A stretch of DNA of 64,000 bases from Euprymna scolopes (Eukaryota). The notes under the pieces are model-generated. The model searched no databases. It saw only the letters and a list, made by a program, of their open reading frames with translations, and was not told the origin of the DNA. Positions 1 to 13,720 of the stretch are shown here, in pieces; the first letter of the stretch is position 1, and each line of letters starts with the position of its first letter. The DNA is taken from the NCBI GenBank assembly GCA_053919585.1, contig CM132785.1; one strand, written 5' to 3'. The translations under genes and the position numbers were made by a program.

Positions 1-3000
1 AGCTCTAATCAGTCCATCAACACCGAGAGGGTTTGCTCCGCGTCTGGTTCCTAATCCAGATATTTCTGCAACCCCACATGTTTTGTTAATGTTAATGGGT
101 TTGTTTGTAGAGGTTATATCTCTACTAAATAGTTACACCCCTCAAAGTTATTTAGGGGCATTGCTGTTTCATTGTTACTGGAAACAGGGGTAGGCAAACT
201 CATGCCATGGAAGCAGCTATGTAAGCGGGCTTGTTAGAAAGGAGTTACTGTGGTTTAAGACATTTTTCCTTTAGATTTGCTTTTTTTTTACTTTATTTAT
301 ATGTTAGCTTAGGCATAGGATGAAGGTACAGTGTGAGTAGGAATTGAATTTGGTTGTTAAGTACCTAACTGGGTAGGAAAAGTCTAATGCATGTCTTAGA
401 AGTAGAATTGTATGGATGTTTATGATGACTATAAGGCGGGTAGCATGTGAAGGTTAACACGCTGTGATTCCCGTTTGGCATAAACCGAAATGAATTGATC
501 TCGTCTGTAGTAGGCTCCATGTTTTGACAAGTTCGAGGCCTGACCCTTACTTCTGATCTGAAATAGAACACGTATATCTAATGTGTTTCCAATGCTGCTG
601 AACAATGGTGTGAACAACCTACCGCCCTAGTAGTTATCTCATTGCAGATGCAAGTTTCTTCCTGTACAAGTACTTCATTTTGTCTTGACAGAGATCAAAA
701 TACATTTCGAAGCCTTGTGGGGGCATTTTCTATTCCCTGCAATTTCTCTTTCATAGAAGAGACAGTGCGAGCCTATCTTTGCATTTTTATTATGTTCATA
801 GCAAGTACTCGTCCGAGCTCTTATCTATTTTTGGCTGCTTATGACTTTCACGAAAAACACTCATCTTCTGAAACAACTAACAATAATCTCCCCCACTTTT
901 TATCTGCGCATATATCTAAACGTAGCTTCTACGAACAAAGCTTCTTTCTTTGAACTGCACGACTGTCGATCTCTGCTTTCGACAGAATTAATATTTATGC
1001 ATTTTATTCATGTTGAAATAGTTCTTATTAAAAGAAATCAATTCACTCCTTTATTCCAATTAATTGAATGAAACAACTAGATGCATACATGTGACTTAGT
1101 TTTAAGCAGAGAAAGATGTATACTTGTGAGAGTGTTAACAGAGCAGGGATGTAAGACAACAGGTATTCCTTGTAAAGTTTATTCCTTGTAACGTTCATTA
1201 TACAAGATGATGACGAAAAAAACACATTTCCTTGCGATATCTGAAAAGGATGCGAAAAGCTTACCTAACAATACAAACACATTTTTCTAGCTGGAAATAG
1301 AAATGATCGTACTTCGATGCTTAACTTAACGATTGCCCATTTGCTTCTCATCAACTCGACAACACTTCGACCGTCCTGACCCCTTCTCCCCCGTGAGTAT
1401 TACTACTAATAAGAGTTTTGTCTTATTTTCCACGCTATTTTATTTCCTCTGGGACATACAGCAAAGTTAATTTACTTATTTTTTTTAGTAGTTTGCTTCT
1501 AATGATACAATATACCTTTAATCATCCTAATTAACTCGGATTTCCTAGCTCGGATTATTAGAAATCGACAGCGACATCAGATAGATTACACTAAACTTAA
1601 TAAATTCCGTTCCTGCACCAATTCATACTGCACAAACTTANNNNNNNNNNNNNNNNNNNNNNNNNNNNNNNNNNNNNNNNNNNNNNNNNNNNNNNNNNNN
1701 NNNNNNNNNNNNNNNNNNNNNNNNNNNNNNNNNNNNNNNNNNNNNNNNNNNNNNNNNNNNNNNNNNNNNNNNNNNNNNNNNNNNNNNNNNNNNNNNNNTT
1801 GCTCACAGGAAAATACGCTTTAATTCCCTTTCTATAACACAGGCCTTTGGTGTATGCATTAAACCGAGAGCTAGTTTGTTTAAAGCTCAATTTAGCCCGA
1901 ATAAGCCATGCATTTAAAAATTGCCTTTTGGGGACCTTGGAAACATAAACTTTATTGGAGAACACCATTTACTATTACTGTGATACCATAAAATATGTAG
2001 GCACTTATAAGGCGTGGAACCTGATCTCATTTCTGCTATACTATTAATAAAAAATACTCTCTTGGGGTTCTATCCCCTATTGCTTAATTACATTACCATA
2101 TGCCGTAAAAATCTTGTTACCTTACTGCTTGAGACATTTTTCAGATGGCATCAGTTTTCAAGATATTTGGAGGAAAATCTGCCCTACTGAATTATCTCCC
2201 CCTGGTGTCCTCTCTTCTATCGCAAAAACGTTTCATTCCTTATTAAAGCAAACACCAGTTCATCTCGTCTGAAAGAAGGAAATTTCATAAATAAGGTATT
2301 ACAACTAGTTAATGAATAATCAAATACCTCTTTGTCTCAATGTTTAGGTTGGCTTCAATGGCTATACTTCTAAAAAGGAAATGAATGCGTGTATGCCACA
2401 AAGGTATAACCTGTTTATTTCTTATTCCTTGTATTATAAACTTATCGAGGTATGAATCATCGTAAATAGATATTGCTTCGCTCTCCATATATGCCATTGC
2501 GAAATTGTAATCAAGATTTATAATTTCTCCTGACAATAGAAGGCCTCTGATTATCGTAGATCATTCTAAACAATATTTGTTTAAATAACGAGGAAATATT
2601 TTCAGATATAACCAGACAGCTATCAGCAGCCGTAATATTGCTGAATTTCACACAAACTCTGCGTTGGCCACCTTTTTTACTAAATTAATCGTGTAAATCA
2701 CTTCATAAATGTGTACACCGACCTTTTCACCTCGCATAAACCTTAATTGTTCCAAATACATGAATGATATCATATTGAAGTACAAGATATTTTGTTATTA
2801 TTGCAAAATATGTTTTCTACTGTAGTATTGCTGTCAGCCATAACAATTAAACTTTTGTCTGATATTCAATTCATAATCACCTTTGAGATTATATCCACTA
2901 CAGTTGATAAACTATCTATGAGAAGATAGCTTACGTAAACTATTCTCTCATTTTTTTTCAATCGCTTGCTTCGGCGTTCTGTCATTATTATCCATACTAT

Positions 3001-6000
3001 CATTCAGTTTTTATGTCTATTTTACTCCGAATTATGTCTCATATATTTACGACACACAACACGGTCACATTAAATTGGATATTAGCAAATCTATTTTGCG
3101 TATAGTATTTCTAATGATGCGGTAATCTATGTAAGTGGAAATAAACTGCTATTTGACGTAATCAGGGGAATCCTCCTTCTACTCTGCAAACAATAGGCGT
3201 ATTATATGGGTCTTCCCACAACAACAAGTCTAATACATTAATGTTTATAACTGAGTTTTTAAAATTCTTGATAAATGTTTATTCATTGATCACTAGTATT
3301 CATTTGAATTACGTGAAATATTTTATCATAATGAAAATGGCATCCCAAATTGTGATGTATCAGCCTAACACGAAATAACATAAACTTATTAAGTACTGTT
3401 TAAATTTTGTTGTAATATTTTATTAAGTGTATATGAAATTTCTGCATAGTTGAAACATAACTTTACCCTTGCATTTTACAACACGACAATTAGTGATAAG
3501 GTTGCTTCTCTTGGTTGTCCGTAACGTGTCAGTAGCCTAGCTAATAAATATCACTTGAATAAATATTTGCGTGGCAAATTCTTCTTTGTGCATATGTTTT
3601 TCTTTTAAATTTTAGCTTTGTTGTTGTTGTTGTTGTTTAATCTTCTCGCTTTACCACTGTGTTTTCCGCTTTCTGAGACAATAAATACATCTCAGAAGAA
3701 TAGAAAGTAACTGATTTGATTAGGTTATACGAGAATAAAACAGAGTCAAGTGATTTATATTGACAATTCTGCATTTACATTAACGATTAGGAATGCTACA
3801 AAACCAACATCGTTGATAAAAACATGAACATTATTTCACTTTTCCTTGACAAAAAAAAAAATGATAGTGACCAAAATCAATATTTCAAAAGGTGCGACTA
3901 TTCAATTTGCGCGTTTATTGAGGCGAATGCTATTTGCAATTTAAAAATTGAACCGAAAAATTGAATTTATGGATATTTTTCACTAAATTGCTGAAGATAT
4001 TGAATCAAACTAAAGGGTTTACAACGAAAAAGCTGCCTATGATATTGATGTTTGACAATACATTCTGTACAGGTGTGAGGGTGTTCGACTTTTTGTGTGA
4101 AGGGATTGGTCATTGTAAGTCCCTTCTTTGCTCGAATGAAAAAGCCATTCTGAAAGCTGATAATTCTTTCTGAAGATCTGGCGATTCACAGTTACCTGCA
4201 ATGTTAATGGATGGGAGCATACCCAACTTGCATCTGTCACAGGTTTCCGTGTTTTGACTGGGGTCTGGTGCTGACGGGGAAGATTCTTATTTTTGTCTTT
4301 TTGTAAGTAACTCTTTAAACAGTATACGCGGGTGCGGTGCATATCGGTAATTCGAGTCTACAACTTTGATTACTTCCAGGTGAGAGATTCTAGGGTCGAA
4401 TATTATATGAGGTAGGTTATTTTGCAACCAGACCGCACCCAATATCAACTCCCCCATCAGACGCTGAAGTGATAAATATCCTAGATGAAGCTTTAAACTT
4501 CTTAATTTTAATGGGCAAGTCGGCCATGCTTTACAGTGCTACCATTTGATCGTTTGTGAGAGTAATAACTAAGTCGGGCCCTTTTTATGCGTTTTTAACT
4601 CTTCAAAGATTTATGTTTTGTGGAGCGATACTTCCAGGTCAGTGTCGACCAGTGTTTTTAATAGACTACACCCTATTTTAATTATATTCTCCATACCTGA
4701 GGCCTGATTTTGGTGTTTATTTCTACGGGCCTCTATATTAACTTGTTTATTCCTTTAGTTGAACCGTTTAGTCTTGATCTCAGTTTTCTGGACATTTATG
4801 ACCACTGGTGTTCATCATTTCCGGGGTCACTCCTTGTTTTTTAGAATTTTACCCGGTTGTATGTCCGTGTTTGTTGTTTCTTAGTAGGCCGATGTTGAGT
4901 TGGCTTCGAGGTTAAACAGCTATTTTTTCCTGAAGTTGTTATTTAATTCTTCCACAGGTGACCATTAGCATCCTTGTTGTAGCCTGGTATGGCTGAAATG
5001 CCGGAGCACGCCTCCAAATATTACTCCGCAGAGCATTGATCGATGTGAAGCTGAAATGTTTAATTTTGTGTACCCCCACGTATTTAAATGCTATTTAATG
5101 ACGTATTATTATTTTAATGACGTATTTATTTTGTTCAGTTGTTGGCCGCTGTTGATGTTCAGGGAATTATTTTTCCGTCTAGTTGTGGAGTTCTTGTGTT
5201 GTTATGTTCGTGATTTTTTTTTTCTGTTTTCTTGCACTATTGGTACATATTATTGATTGTTTAGTGGTTAGGACCAATGTTGTGTTTTGTGAAACTCTGG
5301 GTTGTAAAGCATCAATATGACAATGTTCTTTTACCCAGGGAGAGTTCGTTGGTTAAAAAACGTCCTGACGGACGGCAACCAGATCTCCGGGGAATAAACG
5401 ATAACACGAGAGACATAGCAAACGATACACAAGTAATAGGTACGTGGAAGACAGAAAAATCAACGGGTAATATTGCGTCGGCTACGGCCGGCTGGCAGCG
5501 TTTACATTGTATGCAGTAAATGAATGATATTGCTGTAAATAGGACGCTTGTTTAAATAAAAGAAAATATTCATGGCAATCTGGTGTTTCTTAGGGCCATA
5601 CATAAAGAGAATTAAGCGTTTAATTTAAGATGAAGGAACAGGATAAAGAGCGTCCATGCTTTTCTCATGATACTAAGGGGAACTAATTATAAATCATATG
5701 TAGACACACCCTGCGCTTAATAGCTGTGATCCAAAATTGATCATGCTCGGGCAATTAGTATAGATTTGAATTTTATTCAAAGAAATATAAAACCTGTAAT
5801 GCTGAAGTTTTACTTTATTTAGGATCGCATTCAATTGTATGGCGACGGATTGTGCTGAAAAAATAACGTTATTATGTGTGTGTGTGTTTTATTAAGAAAC
5901 AGATTGACAATTAAAATATAGAAGACTGAAGAAGAATAACAGGAGAGTAGAAAGAAATGTTATCGCATTCTCAGACGAAAGAGAATCAAACACACACACA

Positions 6001-7437
6001 AACACACGCATGAACGTATAAAATTAATATTATTGGAGAGGAAAAATGCGCTCAGTGAAAAAGAGAAAGAGAAGACGAAGATTAACCCCTTTATACACAC
6101 AATGGACTCCACATTGGAAGGGATCAGCAGCCCGACTGCTACGAAGCCACTATTAGAGGGATTTTATCGCACGCACACACACAAACAAAACTGGCCGATG
6201 CATTAAATGAAGTTGACACCTGTCGGAACTGATTATTTTGAAACGCATTAATAACGCGAGGAGGGGATTTTTTGCAACTATTGTATAGTTTAACCTTAAA
6301 AATTGTAACAGATGCTGTAAAATCAGAAAATCAAATACTAGTAACCTTACCTCTACGAAGGCCACTATTGCAGGGATTGTTCCTAACGCACAACGCATAC
6401 ACATATATGAAGACACACATACACACACAAATACACACCAAAAACATGTTAAAGGCTTTGGATATATCAAGTGTTACAGATTGGCTTCGCTTGCCTTATC
6501 CAGTACATAATATATGCCTTCAGGGGTGACTGCAAAATATCTGCAATAGAAACACGTTGCCTGAATCCATACTGTTGGTTAGATAGAAAGATAGAAAACT
6601 ATCTAAACAATATACGAGATAGACTAATACATAAAATAGAAACCCCATGTTACTTTGACATATTAAGACAAAAAGAATATAAACGAGTATATAAATAAAC
6701 ATAATAGATACAATATAACAGTAACTCAGTTTTTTTTCTTAACACTCAAAGTATTTAATGAACATAATAACCAACCCAACGAAAAATAATCAATATTGTA
6801 GTATATTATCTTTTTTGCATATTGCACTAAACCCAGACTTCTAGGTGAGCTGATAAATATTAAAGAGTAACGTAAAGCAGGCCTATCCACATGAAATATT
6901 TGAACAAAATAGCGTTAACATGTTACAGTGAAATCAGATGAATAATAATAATGACTAAGAAAGACAAAAATATATGAATAAAAGGAAATAAAACAAACAA
7001 AATAATTATCGGAAAGAAAGAAAATTTATCTGCTAAACAAAGCATAGCATGTTATCTTTGATCACAAGTGTATAAAAAATAAATTAGTCGGACACTAATA
7101 AACATAAACAGAACGACTGGACGATAATAAAGCAACAGGAAACTAAAGATAAATATCAGTAATTAAAAAGATATTTTTAAAGACGCATTAATGATAATTA
7201 GAATAAATCAATCGGTGTAAAAATAAACAGATTGGTTTGTGAGTGATTTAAGAATAAAAAAATGTAAGCACATATTTTATCTCAACTTCGTGTATTGATC
7301 GACCCGATCCAAGAAAAAAAAAACGCATGGTATGTCATTTTAAATTATTAAAACACGCACTCGGTTCGACTTTTTATTCTGTCTTATAAATGAATCCCTC
7401 AATATACAGTGGGATGAAGCAGATATTTGTACGCATG

Positions 7438-7903
7438 AAAAATTGTATGTTACTGTATGTAAAATTGTATGTTACTGTATATAAAATTGTATGTTACTGT
7501 ATATAAAATTGTATGTCACTGTATATAAAATTGTATGTTACTGTATGTAAAATTGTATGTTACTGTATATAAAATTGTATGCTACTGTATATAAAATTGT
7601 ATGTTACTGTATGTAAAATTGTATGTTACTGTATGTAAAATTGTATGTTACTGTATATAAAATTGTATGTTACTGTATATAAAATTGTATGTTACTGTAT
7701 GTAAAATTGTATGTTACTGTATATAAAATTGTATGTTACTGTATATAAAATTGTATGTTACTGTATGTAAAATTGTATGTTACTGCATATAAAATTGTAT
7801 GTTACTGCATATAAAATTGTATGTCACTGTATGTAAAATTGTATGTTACTGTATATAAACTTGTATGTTACTGTATATAAAATTGTATGTTAATGTATGT
7901 AAA
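7438..7903. repeat. 22-bp minisatellite (AAAATTGTATGTTACTGTATAT), about 21 copies
   Basis: Directly visible tandem copies with few substitutions (ATAT/ATGT, TTACT/TCACT) and no spacers. Confidence 0.97.
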
Positions 7904-8171
7904 ACATTTAACTGAAATAAAAGTAGACCATTTTATGTACAAATATACATATTACTAAAAATAAATTTTAACTTAATTCTTAATCATATGGAAATTAATG
8001 CATTATTTTCATTTTAATGGGTGGAAAATATTCGTATTAATCAAGTATAGCGAATATTTTAGGGTTGTATATTCCAGAGTATTTTAGTAATGTTATCAGT
8101 CACTATAGTTAACGCTATTTACAACTATCAGAACATTTTGCAATTTATAGTCTTACGAGAGGGTTTAAATA

Positions 8172-8287
8172 ATGCCTAAAATTAAAGAATTGACTATTCC
8201 ATTAAAACAAATGGTTGTGTCCCTTTGGAAAGATGTGACCAGTTACAGAAAGATTTCTAGCAATTTGAATATTCCTTTTACTGCAAG
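8172..8287 (+). pseudogene. Tc1-family transposase N-terminal (paired-like HTH) fragment
   Basis: MPKIKELTIPLKQMVVSLWKDVTSYRKISSNLNIPFT resembles the Tc1/Sleeping Beauty N-terminus (KELS..LR..IV..HK.G.SY..IS..L.IP.S). The rest of the listed ORF reads through antisense LINE sequence. Confidence 0.7.
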
Positions 8288-8541
8288 TTTTTTTTTTACA
8301 CAGAGATCACCACTTATCAAGGCCCGGAAGCCACTCAGGGATAAGGGTTATTGCAAGTACATTATGTTAGTGAGGAGATTTGATGAAGTGTTTACTTAAG
8401 GGGGCGGTTCATTAGGAATTTGTTAACATTAGACTTGAATACACCCAAGTTGTTGTCCGGAGGGAAGCAGGCAGACGGAACAGAGTTCCACAGGCGTGCA
8501 GTTCTAAGAAAGAAGCTTTGTTCATGAAATCCGCGTGCTTC
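8288..8541 (-). mobile_element. CR1-group LINE (family A), 5'-truncated 3' end with A-tail
   Basis: The minus strand reads FHEQSFFLRTARLWNSVPSACFPPDNNLGVFKSNVNKFLMNRPLK*, then the family-A 3'UTR (ATAACCCTTATCCCTGAGTGGCTTCCGGGCCTTGATAAGTGG) and poly-A. It is homologous to 62980-63236. Confidence 0.9.
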
Positions 8542-8570
8542 GTTTAATTAAAGATAAATTGAATGCCACA

Positions 8571-8868
8571 TATACCTTATTTGATTAACCTTTTATTTGC
8601 TGCATAAATGTACCTGTTTATATTTGACTTTTTAATAAAGTATCATTGGGTTATGCTAATAAAGAATTAATAGTTCATTGCGTTTCTGTTATATTTGTGT
8701 TGTATTAATTCTAAAGTTACATTTAAAAATTTTTTTTTATTGTGCGAAGTATCATTTTGGTGTGAAGTTATTTTTTTAATTGATGTGAATACAAGGATCT
8801 TTCAATTAAAAGTCAAATATAAACAAGTAAAAATATATGAGAATAAAAGACGAATCAGATAAAGTATA
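8571..8868. mobile_element. Degenerate MITE/foldback element with about 63-bp inverted arms
   Basis: 8572-8636 (ATACCTTATTTGATT...TACCTGTTTATATTTGACTTTTTAAT) is an imperfect reverse complement of 8805-8868 (ATTAAAAGTCAAATATAAACAAGTA...AATCAGATAAAGTAT). TA is present at both outer ends. Confidence 0.6.
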
Positions 8869-9989
8869 CGTTGTTAAAACAGCCGGTCGACGTTGTCCGA
8901 TGGGAAGATACGCGTAAATATAATATTTTAATTATACAGCTTATGTATTTATCATTATAAAGACAATTAGGTATACATTGGAATATTAAACACTTTATAT
9001 ATGGTAATAAGAAAACACCTTTAAAAAGTTATAACTTGTGTGTCATCAGCTAGAATCGAAACCAAANNNNNNNNNNNNNNNNNNNNNNNNNNNNNNNNNN
9101 NNNNNNNNNNNNNNNNNNNNNNNNNNNNNNNNNNNNNNNNNNNNNNNNNNNNNNNNNNNNNNNNNNNNNNNNNNNNNNNNNNNNNNNNNNNNNNNNNNNN
9201 NNNNNNNNNNNNNNNNNNNNNNNNNNNNNNNNNNNNNNNNNNNNNNNNNNNNNNNNNNNNNNNNNNNNNNNNNNNNNNNNNNNNNNNNNNNNNNNNNNNN
9301 NNNNNNNNNNNNNNNNNNNNNNNNNNNNNNNNNNNNNNNNNNNNNNNNNNNNNNNNNNNNNNNNNNNNNNNNNNNNNNNNNNCTGTTTCGCTCTATGACA
9401 GCTAATCAGTGCGGCTACACAGCTAACAACCTCAAACCAGGATTGAGACCCGACCGCCTAAACGACAGTCATGCTGTACGGGTAGAAAGTTAAGGGTATT
9501 TCCATATCGTCCGAATTCCTACGCTTCATTTGCTTCCAGAAAGAGAATACGCTAATGCCAGTTGTATCACTTCCCAATATGTTCAACACAAGATACTTTT
9601 TAAATTTTGCGAACAAGATAATTTGCCCAAAAACGTCTTATGTATAATCATATTCTACCTAAGTACACATGGAGTAATAATATATATGAAGAGGGGAAAA
9701 CGAGGAGCTAATGATCAGGGCTATTCAGGTGTAAAATGGACTCGTTATGGAAGATTGTAATTTGTGCACCTATGTCAACATGAATGGTTCTTTTCTAAGG
9801 CTCTTTACTCATAAAATAAAACTATAGATGGAATAACTTTTAACAACTAATTCGTTGTTGTCACAGAGTTTTTACATTGTTTTTGCAATTGAGAAATTAA
9901 CATGGGTCAATGTGTGCAGATTATATAATCTCGTTTTTTTCTGCTTTCCTAAAATATGTATTTTATTGGCCAATTTCTAGCTATGAATG

Positions 9990-10343
9990 ACAACACATTT
10001 AATATAAAAAATGTCTGTTTCTACAACAAATTTAATCTAAAAATCTCCGTTTCTACAACAAATTTAAAATAAAAATCTCTGTTTCTACAACAAATTTAAT
10101 ATAAAAATGTCTGTTCTACAACAAATTTAATATAAAAATGTCTGTTTCTACAACAAATTTAATATAAAAATGTCTGTTCTACAACAAATTTAATATAAAA
10201 ATGTCTGTTTCTACAACAAATTTAAAATAAAAATGTCTGTTTCTACAACAAATTTAATATAAAAATGTCTGTTCTACAACAAATTTAATATAAAAATGTC
10301 TGTTTCTACAACACATTTAATATAAAAATGTCTGTTTCTACAA
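9990..10343. repeat. 31/32-bp minisatellite (AATATAAAAATGTCTGTTTCTACAACAAATTT), about 11 copies
   Basis: Directly visible tandem copies, some with a 1-bp deletion. There are no unique spacers. Confidence 0.96.
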
Positions 10344-12948
10344 AATTTTATTTTTTAAAAAATATTTAGCTTCGGTTTCGATACATCAAAATTTGACGTC
10401 ATTACCTTTCATACACATCCCCTTATTCATAACCTTTACTACTATCATACATCAAGGTCCATTTGTGAAGGTTCTTTTTAAACCCAATAAAAGACAGGTA
10501 ACTCTGCTAGTATATTTATATATAAATATTATGAAGAACCATCGTGAATCGATTAACATTTCGAAAAATAGTGTGTAAAGTCCTATTGTAAAATGAATCT
10601 CGCAGTTTAAAAGCAAATAAAACACAAGTCCTAGGATTTAAACTATGAGGTAAAAAGGACCTACGTCATATTTTTTGGCAAAATTTTCTCCTTTTTGATC
10701 ATCTGGTAAAGCCTAGTACAAATAAACGATCGCTTAGTGTAGCTGTCTTTTATCCCTTATCCTTCTACAGCTTAGTAATTATGACAACACTGATCACCTA
10801 AATTAACTTACTATTCGAAAGAAATAAAAAAATGCTTGTTTGTTTGTGCGGGTTGTAAAGCAATTTTAATAAACACTTATATATACGTATAACTTACTAA
10901 GAAAGAATACGTTTGATTTGACATAGATTATTATTGCTGGAAAAGCGTAATTGTGTCTTGCCCTTAAGGCGTATATATAAATACAATTGTATATTAAAAA
11001 TATTAAAGAAAGCTAATTTTATCATGTCTATCTCTCAAGATTTTGTGGGTACTATCTACATAGACAACTAAAAACACCAACTAAAATTAAACTGCAACAC
11101 TGCATTATCTGTGTTGCTTGATTATATTTAGCAAATTCAATTTTGAAATCAAGTCGAATCAATGTAGGACTTTTCGAATGTAATCATTATTATTGCTGAA
11201 TTCTTTTCGGCAAAAGCCGCTGAATTTTTTGAACGTTTTTATTAGCCTGGACTCAAATGTAATAACTTTTCTTTCAATAAAATCTTGCCGAAATTACCGT
11301 TGAAACGGTGGAGAGAAGTTTAGTGATGACAGTTCCCAACCGATATTTGGTAAAAACTGTAATATATTGTTTTTGGTTTTTTTACTGTATTTTATTTGTG
11401 TATTATGCCTACCATGTATGCCATCAGTAATTCTATGCTTATGAAAATTCTATGGAAAGAACATTCCCTGTGGTAAAATCTTGTGATTGTTTCTTTATTT
11501 AAAAATATTGTCTACGGCTTTTAGCAATTTTCTTATTTTTCATGCGTCTTTAAAATATATCAAATTCAGCTTAAGCACAAATATTTGTATTTATTAGGCA
11601 AAACACCGTATGAAGCGTTTTGCGATGTAAAATAAAAAATGAACCAAGCAGTATGGCGCTATGGAGGGTTCTGGGCCCATAACCTTTTAAGTGTTGAAAC
11701 ATTATATTGAACAAAAATGGCGGTCAAGAATCAGTGCAGTCCCGATAGTGAGTGTAAAGTAATTGTCAATAACAAAGATGGCGTGATCTGATGGCATTTA
11801 ATGAATAAAGTTGGCGAAGCGTTGTCACACATTTCAAAGCATATAAACTCATGGCATGAGTTAATAATATTGAACTTTTGAAAACTTTATATCAGGTTGT
11901 TTTATTTTTATTACAAATATTTAAAATATCATTGAATTTACCAAATTTCGAACAGAAAAATTATTAAATACGCGAGGGGTGTGTAAAACTCTCTTTGTCC
12001 TGTCAGCCATGACAGAAAAGAATTCTTTATTAATTCGCATTTGTATTCGTGGTATCATTTTAATAAGGGATTAAAACTAAAACCTCGAGAAAAGTGTCAC
12101 TCAGATTCGAATTGTACATTGTTCGTAATGCAACGCGCTAAGTAAAAATAGCAACTTATATAATAGTTTTACCTGTTATGTTGCCAGAAAAAGAACATGT
12201 TTTTTCCTGAATTATGTAATGGTTGGACGTTGTGTGCGATGTCACGACTTCGATAGAAAGATGCCATTTTCGACCAAAAACATAAATAAAGAATAGGTAA
12301 TTTCACCTATGAAAACGTGTTTAGAATTATAAACAATATGTCAACACAACCTTTAAAAAATCATCAATATTGTATTCCAAACTTTACATCAACATTAGCT
12401 TCCTTAATTACACGACATAGCACAGAAATTTGGACAAACTGACGAACACAAATTACAAACCTTTCTCCATGAGATTAAATAAAATGGGCATTGAAATACC
12501 CAAAGTGACTTAATCTAGAGTAAAATCGTCACCACGTCTAAAGTCAAGGCTGCTCTATAACACTGTTATGATGGTGATAAAATTAACATTGCCGAATCTT
12601 AGGGAAATCTGGATGAGATACTTGATGATCACACGACTTAATGATCACATAGCAAACATAAACACATAGTGCACGCTAAACCCCATTTACTTTCATATTG
12701 TTAAGCATTATCGACAAATTCATTTTGAATAAAGCAAATCATATAAAACCAAAACAAATAAATCAACAGACGTTTAATTTAATCCGCCCTTCTATCTTAC
12801 TCCACAGAAACAATTACACAAACATTAGGAGGACGTCATATCTCTTTCCCCATTCATCAAAAACCATCTTTCATGAAAATCATTTGATTAGAGGTTGATT
12901 ACAAATCATAAGTTGGTGCTAAAATAATGTCGTTTTTCTTTACAGGAA

Positions 12949-12952
<4 letters not shown>

Positions 12953-13003
<51 letters not shown>
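12953..13003. repeat. (TA)n microsatellite, left flank of the Helitron
   Basis: Pure AT dinucleotide run. Confidence 0.95.
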
Positions 13004-13006
<3 letters not shown>

Positions 13007-13161
13007 GTAAAACTCTATGGATCTTGTATGTTTGCAATCAGATTTCCGGTTTTCAACATCCGGTTGCGCATGCGTAAATAGCAACGTCTTCAATCCGTTA
13101 TTCCAATTCCGGAATTTTTATATCGCTTTTAATACAAACAATTTCATTTAATTTGATCAAA

Positions 13162-13649
13162 TAGTTTTTTGTTTTTTTTTAACGGCTAAAAACATTCAAC
13201 TTCGTAAAGTCTGTCGCAGTTTCAAAAAAACTTTTCCCTTTTAAAAAACAAAAGTAAACAAACAAGAAAAACAGCACTCATTATTAATAGAAGCAGCGGC
13301 GGTGAAAGAAAACACCTCTCACTTTCCCTCTAATAGATTTCAACACTCCTACTCCCTCTGTTTTCGTTACGTACGCGAGAAATCTTTAATTCATGCCATT
13401 ATAAATAAATAATTTTATAACATCAACCGTAGTTTTTTGTTTTTTTTAACGGCTAAAAACATTCAACTTCGTAAAGTCTGTCGCAGTTTCAAAAAAACTT
13501 CTCCCTTTTAAAAACAAAAGTAAACAAACAAGAAAAACAACACTCATTATTAATAGAAGCAGCGGCGGTGAAAGAAAACACCTCTCACTTTCACTCTCAT
13601 AGATTTCAACACTCCTACTCCCTCTGTTTTCGTTACGTACGCGAGAAAT
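13162..13649 (+). repeat. About 220-bp direct duplication inside the Helitron 5' region (13162-13383 and 13430-13649)
   Basis: Both copies run TAGTTTTTTGTTTTTTTT-AACGGCTAAAAACATTCAAC...GTTACGTACGCGAGAAAT with only a few differences. Confidence 0.92.
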
Positions 13650-13720
13650 AGTTACGTGTATGTGTGAGAGAGAGAAAAAGGGAGCGATGTAAAACTGGAT
13701 AGAGTTATCCCCCTTAACTA

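Larger units (their letters stand above)
7407..8287 (+). mobile_element. Tc1-like DNA transposon, 5' remnant (left end plus start of transposase), truncated by a LINE insertion
   Basis: TA|CAGTGG at 7405-7412 matches the typical Tc1 terminus. A Tc1-type HTH N-terminus starts at 8172, and the element breaks off at the poly-T of an inverted LINE 3' end at 8288. No right TIR was found. Confidence 0.6.

Noticed and set aside
2309-5000. Faint Penelope-like RT echoes (NFAMAYMESEAI; FQNGFF..KKGLTMTNP)
   Set aside because: Too degenerate to support by eye and needs an HMM search.
6121-6400. Apparent 32-nt minus-strand exon with a GAG|GTAAGG donor near 6350
   Set aside because: The same motif (CTACGAAG-CCACTATT..AGGGATT) is duplicated at about 6139 beside CA-rich repeats, which suggests a repeat. 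The acceptor is weak.
9990-10343. 32-bp repeats of CRISPR-like length
   Set aside because: The units abut with no unique spacers, there are no cas genes, and the context is eukaryotic. It is an ordinary minisatellite, and the same applies to 7438-7903.
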